Below, one piece after another: positions 38,027 through 46,389 of a stretch of 64,000 nt of DNA. A program made the translations under genes and the position numbers. The notes beneath the pieces are model-generated. The model was not told where the DNA came from. It saw only the letters and a program-made list of their open reading frames with translations, and did no database searches. The DNA comes from Armatimonadota bacterium (GTDB lineage Bacteria; Armatimonadota; SYMT01): NCBI GenBank assembly GCA_041690135.1, contig JAWLHY010000021.1:21970-85969 (forward strand). Reading direction: 5' to 3'. The stretch's first letter is position 1. Each line of letters begins with the position of its first letter.

Positions 38027-39718
38027 ATGGAAGCACCCGAGTCGACACTGCCCCCGGTGGAGCTTGCCGCCGAACTGAACCCGGACCCCAGTGCGAACTG
38101 GGTGCTGCAGCCGGACCTGCCGCTCCACTTTGACCTGGAGACGTTCAGCCTCTGTGGCGTGCGACTGGGGGATCCGGCCGATAGCCTCTCCTTTCTGGGG
38201 CCGGCGGAGGACCGCGCCCTGGCCCGGGAAGGGCGCCTCTTCTATTACTCCATCGGGCTGGAAGTACTGGTAGAAGAGGGGAAGGTCGCGCTCTACCGCA
38301 TCATCTGGCGCGACGAAGCGGCGGAAGGGTTCAACCCCTATCCGGGCCGGTGCGTCAAGCACGAGCCTCCGGTGGAAGTCGAGACCGACACCTCCGAACT
38401 GGGGATCCGCCGGGCGTTCGGCGGGCCGTTCTTCAAGGAAACCGACAATCAGGGCGTCGTCGTCTTTTACGAGGCGGGCGAGTATGGGTGGGACGTCGAG
38501 TTCAACCTGAAGGGATCGATCAAGCAGTTTACGGTCTACTCCCCACCACTGACCGAAGAAGAGAAGAAGGCCCTGCAGCCGCGCTCCGAAGAAGAAGAGG
38601 AGGAGGACGAGGCGCCGGAACCGGACCGGACCGTGCTGCAGGAGATCGGGCAGCTCCTGCTCTGGCCCTTCCTGCCCTATTTGCTGGTCGTGCTGACGGT
38701 GATCTTCGGCTCTACTTTCCAGGGGCTGCGCCGCATCCACCAGTTTGTGAAGCACGGCGTCCCGGCCCAGGCGACTATCGTCCGGCAGGAAGAGACGCCC
38801 CTTCAGAGTGGTAAGGTAGCGAAGACGTTCATCTACCTCTACCGGGACCAGAAGGGCCAGGTACATACCAGCCGCGTCTCCGCGGAGGCCGCACAGCGCC
38901 TGGGGCGCCAGGTGGGGGACCACTTCGAGCTGACTTACGACCGGAGGGACCCGGGCGACCACGTCCGCAGTCGCGTCAGTGCGGCGTCGCTGCGCACCGG
39001 CCTCAAGAATGCAGCGCTCTTCGTGACCATCGCCGTGGTTCCAGTCTTCCTGCTGACAGTCGGGGCGGGGTTTTACCTGGTCTATCAACGGAGACACCCG
39101 CGCCCGGCTCCCGCGAAAGTCGATAGGCCGCTTCCATCCGTTGTACCGTTTGCCGCCCCGACGCCGCAGCCGAAGCGGCGACGGGATACCTTCTGGTTGA
39201 TCGTCCAGGTTTTCGCCGGCCTATGTACGCTGGTTGCCCTCCAATTGTTCTGGATCGGGGTCAATGAGTCGCGGGCCTACCAGCGGATGTGGGAGCGGGG
39301 TGCGCCGGGAGAAGCAGCCATCGTGCGAATGGTACGGGTTCCTTCTGCCCCCGGAGTGGAAGAGTACGAAGTCGTCTACCAGTACACCGACCGGAACGGA
39401 GAGGACCACGTGTGCGCTACTCGCGCACGGAAACAAGAAGACCGGTATTACATCGCGTATTACCAGATGACGAACCCAATCTTCGGCAAGAAATGGCCGG
39501 AATGGGTCCGGGCGCCGGAACTGGGCGTGGGCAAGAAGTTAATCGTCTCCTACTACCAGGACGACCCGGCGACCCACCTCCCGTTCCTGATGAGCGAAGA
39601 CCTGATGGGCCGCCCCATCATGAGCGCCGTCCGCGTCGGCTTCTCGCTTCTCTCCACCCTGGTCTGCTTCTTCACCTGCTTCTTCGGCATCGGCTACCTC
39701 GTCACTCTCAAACGTTAA
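38027..39718 (+). CDS. Membrane protein with two DUF3592-like repeats and an N-terminal soluble domain
   Basis: Two units of TM-G....A.IV...Y.Y.D..G..H...VG....V.Y...DP-TM; acidic linker EEEEEDE. Confidence 0.65.
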   Translation: MEAPESTLPPVELAAELNPDPSANWVLQPDLPLHFDLETFSLCGVRLGDPADSLSFLGPAEDRALAREGRLFYYSIGLEVLVEEGKVALYRIIWRDEAAEGFNPYPGRCVKHEPPVEVETDTSELGIRRAFGGPFFKETDNQGVVVFYEAGEYGWDVEFNLKGSIKQFTVYSPPLTEEEKKALQPRSEEEEEEDEAPEPDRTVLQEIGQLLLWPFLPYLLVVLTVIFGSTFQGLRRIHQFVKHGVPAQATIVRQEETPLQSGKVAKTFIYLYRDQKGQVHTSRVSAEAAQRLGRQVGDHFELTYDRRDPGDHVRSRVSAASLRTGLKNAALFVTIAVVPVFLLTVGAGFYLVYQRRHPRPAPAKVDRPLPSVVPFAAPTPQPKRRRDTFWLIVQVFAGLCTLVALQLFWIGVNESRAYQRMWERGAPGEAAIVRMVRVPSAPGVEEYEVVYQYTDRNGEDHVCATRARKQEDRYYIAYYQMTNPIFGKKWPEWVRAPELGVGKKLIVSYYQDDPATHLPFLMSEDLMGRPIMSAVRVGFSLLSTLVCFFTCFFGIGYLVTLKR

Positions 39719-40476
39719 CGCAAGCCGCGGCCGTCGACGCCGATTTGCTCGCCGCTGACCTGGGAGGCTTCGTCCGACACGAGGTAGAGCACCAGGTAGG
39801 CGGCGTCTTCCGGAACCTGGTGGCGGCCCAGGGGCATGCGCTGTGCGGCCTCCTCCAGCCAGGCGGCGTCGTGACCCTCTTTCGCCTGGATCTCCACTTC
39901 CGTTTCGGTGATGACCCAGCCGGGATTGACGAAGTTGACCCGGATGCGGTCCTTCGCCAGCGCGTTCGCCAGGTTGCGGGTCATGGTGATCATGCCACCC
40001 TTGGAGACGGAGTAGGCGAACAGGTTGGTCTGGCCCACGTAGGCGTTGGCCGAGCCGATGTTCACGATGCACCCGCCGCCGTTTCGACGCAACTCCGGCA
40101 CGGCGTGCTTGCAGCAGGAGAACGCCCCCTTGAGGTTCACGTCGAAGATCCGATCCCACAGTTCCGAAGTGGTCTCTTCCAGGGTGGCGCGCGGAAAGAT
40201 GCCGGCATTGTTGACCAGGGCATCCAGCTTCCCAAAGGCGGCCACCGTACCGGCTACCAGCGATCGGCAGTCGTCCTCGACTGTGACATCGGTACGGATA
40301 AACAGGGCCTCGCCTCCCGCTTGCCGAATGGCGGCGGCAGCCTCTTCCCCGGCTTCCGCGTTCCGGTTGGCAACCACCACGCGGGCGCCTTCCTTCGCAA
40401 GGATCTCGGAGATCCCGCGTCCGATGCCGGCCGCGCCGCCGGTGACAATCACGACCTTGCCGTCAACTCGACCCAT
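39715..40476 (-). CDS. SDR oxidoreductase
   Basis: TGGAAGIG, NNAG, YSVSK, IRVN.V.PG; start MGRVDGK with AGAAGGA RBS. Confidence 0.92.
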   Translation of the reverse strand: MGRVDGKVVIVTGGAAGIGRGISEILAKEGARVVVANRNAEAGEEAAAAIRQAGGEALFIRTDVTVEDDCRSLVAGTVAAFGKLDALVNNAGIFPRATLEETTSELWDRIFDVNLKGAFSCCKHAVPELRRNGGGCIVNIGSANAYVGQTNLFAYSVSKGGMITMTRNLANALAKDRIRVNFVNPGWVITETEVEIQAKEGHDAAWLEEAAQRMPLGRHQVPEDAAYLVLYLVSDEASQVSGEQIGVDGRGLR

Positions 40477-40643
40477 GTCTTTCCTTCTCTCTTGGAATTG
40501 GATTGGCCGCAAATCGCTTCGGTTCAACTTTATCTCTCATTGCAGAACCACCACGTAGTTCCTCGGAGTTGAAGACGTCTTCGTGTCATTGCGAGACCGG
40601 CGAGACCGTTATAGTGCAGTGACGGTGTTGGGCCAGAACAGCG

Positions 40644-40691
40644 AACGGGGCAGCGGCCGCACGAAAAACTTGTGCGGTCGCTGCCCCGTTG
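40644..40691 (-). terminator. Hairpin downstream of the small minus-strand ORF
   Basis: aacggggcagcggccgcac/gtgcggtcgctgccccgtt inverted repeat. Confidence 0.5.
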
Positions 40692-40755
40692 AGACCAAAG
40701 ACTTCCGGCGGGTTCAGACCGGTTATGGCCGCCGGAGGCTAAAATAGGGTGTTGT

Positions 40756-40950
40756 TTATCCCTGTGGCGTCCAGTCGCGGAAGAGGCGCGCCAACGAGGT
40801 TCGCCGGATGCGGCGCACGCGCGGCTGGCGAGCCAGTCGGCCCCGGTTGTGACCTACCGCCTGCCGCTCCATGTAGAAGCGTGGGCGGGAAACCATCCCC
40901 CAGGCAACAAGGGTATCGCGGACCTTCCAGTAGATTTTCTGCGCCGACAT
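40756..40950 (-). CDS. Small basic hypothetical protein (64 aa)
   Basis: GAGGT RBS before ATG 40950; fills an otherwise empty gap; Arg-rich; downstream hairpin. Confidence 0.5.
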   Translation of the reverse strand: MSAQKIYWKVRDTLVAWGMVSRPRFYMERQAVGHNRGRLARQPRVRRIRRTSLARLFRDWTPQG

Positions 40951-41224
40951 AGTCAACCTCATCTTGGAAACCAGATGCCGAAAACTCCCACTCCGGATGC
41001 CACTGCAAACCACTGTTTGCATCTTACCGCCGGCCTGGTCGGTTGTCAAGTGAAGTTCGATAATTTTGTTTGCGTATCCTGGCGCTGGGTGAGCCCCTGG
41101 TTACTATCTTCCCCGCTTTCGGGCTGCCGAAAACATCCTGAACGCCTGTTCCGTAGCCTGACCAGCAGGAATATCGCTCAATTCTGGGGCAATTTCAACT
41201 CGCATGCCCACCAGGTAGGCCGTT

Positions 41225-41851
41225 ATGACACACTCTGACACCTCTCCCGATCCGCTTTCCCACCTCACGCGCCCCTTCCGCGGCGCGATCTTCGACTGCG
41301 ACGGCACGCTGGCCGATACGATGGAGCTGCACTACCGCGCCTGGGTGCAGGCCCTGAAGGAGCGCAATGCGCACATGTCGGAACAGCTCTTCTACGACCT
41401 GGCAGGCGTACCCACCGCCCACATCGTCGAGATCCTCAACGAGCGGTTCGGCTTCACCCTGGACGTGCATGAAACGGCGGAAGCGAAGGAGGCGCTCTAT
41501 GAAGAGCTCCTGCCGCAGGCAACGCCGATCGAGCCGGTGGTGGCGCTGGTCCGCGAGTATCACGGCCGCTATCCGCTGGCGGTGGCTTCCGGAGGCATCC
41601 GGCGACTGGTGGACCGCACGGTGCGCGCGCTGGAGCTGTACGAGCACTTCGACGCCATCTGCACCGCGGAGGATGTGGCGCGTGGCAAGCCGGAGCCGGA
41701 CCTGTTCTTGCATGCGGCACGTCTCCTCGGCGTGCCGCCGGAAGAGTGCGTGGTGTTCGAGGATAGCGACCTGGGCCTGGAGGGCGCCCGTCGTGCCGGG
41801 ATGCAGGGCGTCGACATCCGGCCGTGGTTGAAGCAGAAGAAAGCGGAGTAA
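41225..41851 (+). CDS. HAD family phosphatase (YqaB / beta-PGM-like)
   Basis: FDCDGTLADTM..H..AW, AVASGG, KP.PD.FL, C.VFEDS..G...A..AGM. Confidence 0.92.
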   Translation: MTHSDTSPDPLSHLTRPFRGAIFDCDGTLADTMELHYRAWVQALKERNAHMSEQLFYDLAGVPTAHIVEILNERFGFTLDVHETAEAKEALYEELLPQATPIEPVVALVREYHGRYPLAVASGGIRRLVDRTVRALELYEHFDAICTAEDVARGKPEPDLFLHAARLLGVPPEECVVFEDSDLGLEGARRAGMQGVDIRPWLKQKKAE

Positions 41852-41852
41852 C

Positions 41853-44117
41853 ATGGCCGGCCCGGCATCCCCCCTGCTCCGAGAACGCCTGGAGTTCCCC
41901 TTTCCCGCGACGGAAACCCACGCGGGAATTCCGCTCTCGAACGGCACGTTCGGCGCCCTGGTCTGGGGCGAAGGTCGCACCCTCCGCATTACGGTCAACC
42001 GCGCCGACTACTGGGACCACCGGGGTGGACTCGAGTTCGGTCCGGAGGCCACCTACGAGAACCTGCGACAGTGGCTGACCGCCGGCGATGAGGGGCGGCT
42101 GCGAGAGGTGTTCGAGGGAAGCGAGCGGGCGAAGCCGGGCACGCCACCCCGTCCGACCCGGCTGCCGATGGGCCGGGTCGACCTTCGACTGGACGCCGAC
42201 TGGAGTATTAGCTCCGGCGGACTGCATCTCCAGCGAGGGGAGGCGGAGATCGAGCTGGAGGGGCGGCGCGAGCAGGCTAAGCTGCGTGCCTGCATTTTGC
42301 GCGACAGCCCCGTGCTGTGTCTCCGCATCACCGGCCTGAACGGCGACACGATCCAGGTGCAGAACCGCCCGCCCGACGCCCCGGAGGTGATCGACTACTT
42401 CCGCAAGTACGGACTGCCGCGCGCGCAGACCTTCGACCTGGGCGAGTTCGGTGGCTGGGTGCAGGAATGCCCCGGAGAGCCGGCCATGTGCGTGGGCTGG
42501 CTGCGGGTCCCCACCGCAGGGGGCCTCCTGCTCTATGTCACCAGTGTATACGGGACAGATCCCGCCGAGGCACGCCGCGAGGCCTTGCAAATCCTGGAAA
42601 CGGTGCGCGGCGAGGGGTATACCCCGGCAACACTCCGGAGCTTCCAGGGATGGGGGAAGTGGTGGAAACAGGCCGCCGCGGTCGAACTGCCGGATGCGAC
42701 GGCCGAGCTGCTTTACTACCTGGGCATGTACAAACTGGGTGGGCTTTCGGTCCCCGGCAACCCCGCGGCCACCCTTCAGGGCCCGTGGGTGGAGGAGTAT
42801 CGCCTGCCTCCCTGGGGCGGCGATTACCACTTCAATATCAACGTCCAGGAATGCTACTGGCCCTGCTTCGCCGGGAACCACCCCGAAGCCCTGCAGCCAC
42901 TCGTGGAGATGGTGGACGGTTGGTCCGACCGGCTGCGGGAAAATGCACAGCGGTTCGCCGGCGTGGCGGAGGGCTTGATGCTCTCGCACGCGACCGACGA
43001 CCGGGGTACGGCCATGACGGGGTTCTGGCCCGGGTTCGTGGACCACGGTGCCACGGCCTGGACGGCCCAGCTTTTCTGGCAGTACTACCGCTTTACGATG
43101 GATGGCGACTTCCTCCGCCGTATCGCCTATCCGTTCCTTCGGGGTGCCCTGCGCGTTTACGAAGCCATGCTGGAGGACGAGGGGAAACACCTCGCCCTGC
43201 CGGTGAGCGTCTCTCCCGAATTCGGCGCCGCCGGGATGCAGGCGTGGGGCCGCAATGCCAGCTTCCAGCTCGCCCTGATCCACTTCCTTTGCCGGGCACT
43301 CCGTGAAGCTTCCTTGGTGCTGGATGTCGATCATCAGGCTCGGGAGCGTTGGGCCGAGATCGGCGCGCGCCTGCCGCTGGGAGCCGTGGGAACGCCGGAC
43401 GGAGGCGGTGCGGAGGCAGCCGAGTTACTCCTCTGGGAAGGACAGGCTCTCACCGAAAGCCACCGCCATCATTCGCATCTCGCGGGCCTGTACCCGCTGG
43501 ATATCTTCGACTGCTACGGGAACGAAACGCACCGGAAGCTAATCCAACAATCCATGCGCCGCCTTTCCCGGATGGGGATGGGGCAGTGGACCGGCTGGTG
43601 CGTGCCCTGGGCCGCCATTCTCCACGCCCGGCTGGGCAACGGGGAGACGGCAAGCTGGCTGCTGGAGACCTTCCGGCGCTTCTTTGTGGGACCGGGCTAC
43701 GCCACCACCCACGATGCCCGGATGCCCGGGCTAACCGTAATGGATGGCCGGCCCAGCGTCATGCAGGTGGAGGCGGCCCAAGGCGCGGCGGCGGCGGTGC
43801 TGGAGATGCTGGCCCACACGGCGGGGGGAGTGCTCCGCGTTTTCCCCGCCGTGCCACAGGATTGGACCGATGTCTCCTTCGCACGCATCCGAGCGGAGGG
43901 AGCTTTCCTCGTTAACGCGGAGCGGCGAGAGGGGAGGACCGTGCGGGTCGAAATCTCTAGCGAGGCGGGATCCACCCTGCGACTCGTCAACCCCTGGGGC
44001 GATGCGCCCGTGGCCCTCCGGCGGGAAGCCGGCGCCAACCAGTTCGCCCGCGGTCGGGTCCTGGAAATCCCCACCGTTCCGGGAGAGCGGATCGAAATCC
44101 TTCCGACCCGAAACTGA
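41853..44117 (+). CDS. Glycoside hydrolase family 95-like protein
   Basis: G.PL.NG.FGA, W.GDYH.NIN.Q..YWP, SVSPE, HRH.SHL.GLYP, QVEA, FPAVP..W....F..RA.GAF.V.A. Confidence 0.82.
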   Translation: MAGPASPLLRERLEFPFPATETHAGIPLSNGTFGALVWGEGRTLRITVNRADYWDHRGGLEFGPEATYENLRQWLTAGDEGRLREVFEGSERAKPGTPPRPTRLPMGRVDLRLDADWSISSGGLHLQRGEAEIELEGRREQAKLRACILRDSPVLCLRITGLNGDTIQVQNRPPDAPEVIDYFRKYGLPRAQTFDLGEFGGWVQECPGEPAMCVGWLRVPTAGGLLLYVTSVYGTDPAEARREALQILETVRGEGYTPATLRSFQGWGKWWKQAAAVELPDATAELLYYLGMYKLGGLSVPGNPAATLQGPWVEEYRLPPWGGDYHFNINVQECYWPCFAGNHPEALQPLVEMVDGWSDRLRENAQRFAGVAEGLMLSHATDDRGTAMTGFWPGFVDHGATAWTAQLFWQYYRFTMDGDFLRRIAYPFLRGALRVYEAMLEDEGKHLALPVSVSPEFGAAGMQAWGRNASFQLALIHFLCRALREASLVLDVDHQARERWAEIGARLPLGAVGTPDGGGAEAAELLLWEGQALTESHRHHSHLAGLYPLDIFDCYGNETHRKLIQQSMRRLSRMGMGQWTGWCVPWAAILHARLGNGETASWLLETFRRFFVGPGYATTHDARMPGLTVMDGRPSVMQVEAAQGAAAAVLEMLAHTAGGVLRVFPAVPQDWTDVSFARIRAEGAFLVNAERREGRTVRVEISSEAGSTLRLVNPWGDAPVALRREAGANQFARGRVLEIPTVPGERIEILPTRN

Positions 44118-44168
44118 CCCGCGGCCCCCGTTATTGCTAGCGCACGAGCTTCCCAGTATAATCCCAAC

Positions 44169-44792
44169 ATGCGATACAGCGGATCGGGGGCTCCTGGGGG
44201 AAGGAGCGCACCGGAAGAGGACCTGGAGCTCATTCGACGCTTCCGGGCCGGCGACCAACAGGCGATGGAAACGCTCGTGCAGCGTCACTATCGTACCGTC
44301 TTCAACCTCGCCTACCGTCTCTCCGGAGACTACGACGACGCCCAGGACATCGTCTCGGAAGCGTTCATCCGCGTTCAGAACGCCCTGCCGAACTTTCGCG
44401 GCGACGCCAACTTTTCCACCTGGCTGTACCGGATCGTCAAGAACGTCTTCCTGGACGAGCGGAAAAAGCAGCGAGTTCGCAGCCACAGCTCGCTGGAAGA
44501 CATGGTCGATCTCGAGGACAGCTCCGTCTCCCGCCAGGTCGAGGACCCCACGCCGGGCCCCGAATGGCTGATGGAGCGGAACGAACAGGCCGAGCTCATT
44601 CAGCGCGCGGTCCTCACCCTCCCCAAAACGCAGCGCTTGATGATCGGCATGTACCACTTCCAGCACCGCTCCTACGATGAGATCGCGGAGATCATGGGGC
44701 TGCCGATCGGCACCGTCAAGTCCCGCCTCAATCGGGCGCGCCTGGCATTGAAGAGCAAGCTGCACTCCATCCGGGAACTCCTGGAGAACTGA
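44169..44792 (+). CDS. ECF RNA polymerase sigma factor
   Basis: Region 2 DAQD..SEAF....L..FRG...FSTWLYRI..N; region 4 SY.EIAE.M..P.GTVKSRL.RAR. Confidence 0.95.
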   Translation: MRYSGSGAPGGRSAPEEDLELIRRFRAGDQQAMETLVQRHYRTVFNLAYRLSGDYDDAQDIVSEAFIRVQNALPNFRGDANFSTWLYRIVKNVFLDERKKQRVRSHSSLEDMVDLEDSSVSRQVEDPTPGPEWLMERNEQAELIQRAVLTLPKTQRLMIGMYHFQHRSYDEIAEIMGLPIGTVKSRLNRARLALKSKLHSIRELLEN

Positions 44793-44795
44793 CCG

Positions 44796-44823
44796 GGAAC
44801 TTTTGCCGCGGTTGGGGCGTCTG
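44796..44823 (+). promoter_or_regulatory. ECF-type promoter in front of the anti-sigma gene
   Basis: GGAACT-N16-CGTCT directly after the sigma stop codon. Confidence 0.6.
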
Positions 44824-44931
44824 GAAACTGATCCGGGCGAGGAAACGCGGTTGATCATCTATCTGGCGTGTCTTCGGACCGCGGCCCGGCGTTATATCAT
44901 CCAGAACATTCATTCGATCGGAGTGGGTTAA

Positions 44932-45924
44932 ATGCAGTGCGAGCGAGCACAAGAGTTCTTTTCGGACCGTCTGGAAAGAACGCTCGACCGCCCGATGACG
45001 GTTGCGCTGGAAGCACACCTGGCGGGGTGCTCCGGCTGCCGGGCCGAAATGGAGGCGCTTCAGGCGACCTACGCGGCCCTGGACACGCTACCGGAAGTGG
45101 AGCCGCCGCCCGACGGTGCCTGGCAGGTGATTCATCAACTGCGGCAGGCACGCCAGGAGCAGGTGGCCCCCACGCGACCGGTAGCCGCGCAACCCGAATT
45201 CCGGCGGCAACCAGAAGCGGCGGGAGGGTGGATCGGATTCCTTCAGTGGCTGCGATCCCTTACCCCGGCCAGCGCGGCAATGGCGGGTGCCCTGGCGACC
45301 CTGGTCGTGGGAGGGACTTTCCTGGCCACGCGCGCGCCGGATCACGAACGGCTGGCCGTGCTTCCGGTTCCCCAGGGCCCGGGATCGGTGACTCCGGCGC
45401 AGCGAAACGCGCAGCCGGCGATCAGCGTATCCTATGGCCGACTGACGCCGGCGGGCCAGGAGGTCAACCTGCGCCTGACACCGGCCACCAGTCTGTCGGC
45501 CGCGCAGGTGCGGGTCAGCGGGGGTGGCATCAACTTCACTCACCCGGTCAGCGGTGAGATCGGGCCCTCTCGGCCGTTGGAACTGGCCGTGCCGGTCCAC
45601 ACCGCGGGCAAGTCGGCAGAAGCTTTCCGGGTCACACTGGAGGCACGACCGCGGGGATACCAGGGATTGGTGGTCGTTCCGCTCGGGAGCCGAGGCAGGT
45701 CTTCGGTTTCGATGACGGCGGTGGAGCAGCCCCTCGATGAGATACTGAAGCAACTCGTACCGCACCTCGGCGCACCAGTGGTGGTGGACGGTCCGGCCCC
45801 GGCAACCGTATCGCTTCAGGTTGTCGAAGCGGAGCCGGCCGCGGCCTTGAGCGAACTGGCCACGCACCTCAACGCAACGGTGCGGCTGGATGGCGGCGTT
45901 TACCGGCTCGGACCGAATCAGTAG
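44932..45924 (+). CDS. zf-HC2 (ZAS) anti-sigma factor with TM helix and extracytoplasmic domain
   Basis: M.C...HLAGCSGC motif; TM segment; C-terminal STN-like L...L..L....G..VVV pattern. Confidence 0.85.
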   Translation: MQCERAQEFFSDRLERTLDRPMTVALEAHLAGCSGCRAEMEALQATYAALDTLPEVEPPPDGAWQVIHQLRQARQEQVAPTRPVAAQPEFRRQPEAAGGWIGFLQWLRSLTPASAAMAGALATLVVGGTFLATRAPDHERLAVLPVPQGPGSVTPAQRNAQPAISVSYGRLTPAGQEVNLRLTPATSLSAAQVRVSGGGINFTHPVSGEIGPSRPLELAVPVHTAGKSAEAFRVTLEARPRGYQGLVVVPLGSRGRSSVSMTAVEQPLDEILKQLVPHLGAPVVVDGPAPATVSLQVVEAEPAAALSELATHLNATVRLDGGVYRLGPNQ

Positions 45925-45964
45925 CATCGAGCCTTACAGTTAGGCCATGCCTTCCGATACGCGA

Positions 45965-46008
45965 GGCCTCTCTCTCCGAACCCGGAGAGAGAGGCCGTTT
46001 GTTTTTTT
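45965..46008 (+). terminator. Intrinsic terminator
   Basis: ggcctctctctccg/cggagagagaggcc then tttgttttttt. Confidence 0.8.
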
Positions 46009-46389
46009 CCGGCGGTGGGTTTGTAAGAGAGGGAGAGGATGCCTTCCTAACCAACTGTTCCCTGTCTGCATAGATCGAGACCGCTCTATCGGTTTCCAGG
46101 CACATTAGCGCACGATCGGTGAGTATAGAGCCGGAGTGAGCCGTGATAATATGTCTGGTACCGGCGGACCACGTACTTCGGTAGGCTACTGTAGGGTAGA
46201 TCCGGCCGGTGTTTTATTACTCGTTATTAGTTCCACGCTCGCGCGGTTGCACATTTGCATCGACGCTGGGGGTACTGGACCTATTGAGCTGATCGGGAAA
46301 AGGAGCTGCCGGACACCGCGTGGGGTGCTCATGGCTGTTCCCGAGAGGCTCGCGAACCCTGCCGGACTGTGCCGGAGTGAGGGGCGTCC

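Noticed and set aside
41454-44858. 626-aa and 375-aa minus-strand ORFs
   Set aside because: Antisense to the HAD, GH95-like and sigma genes; no recognisable domains
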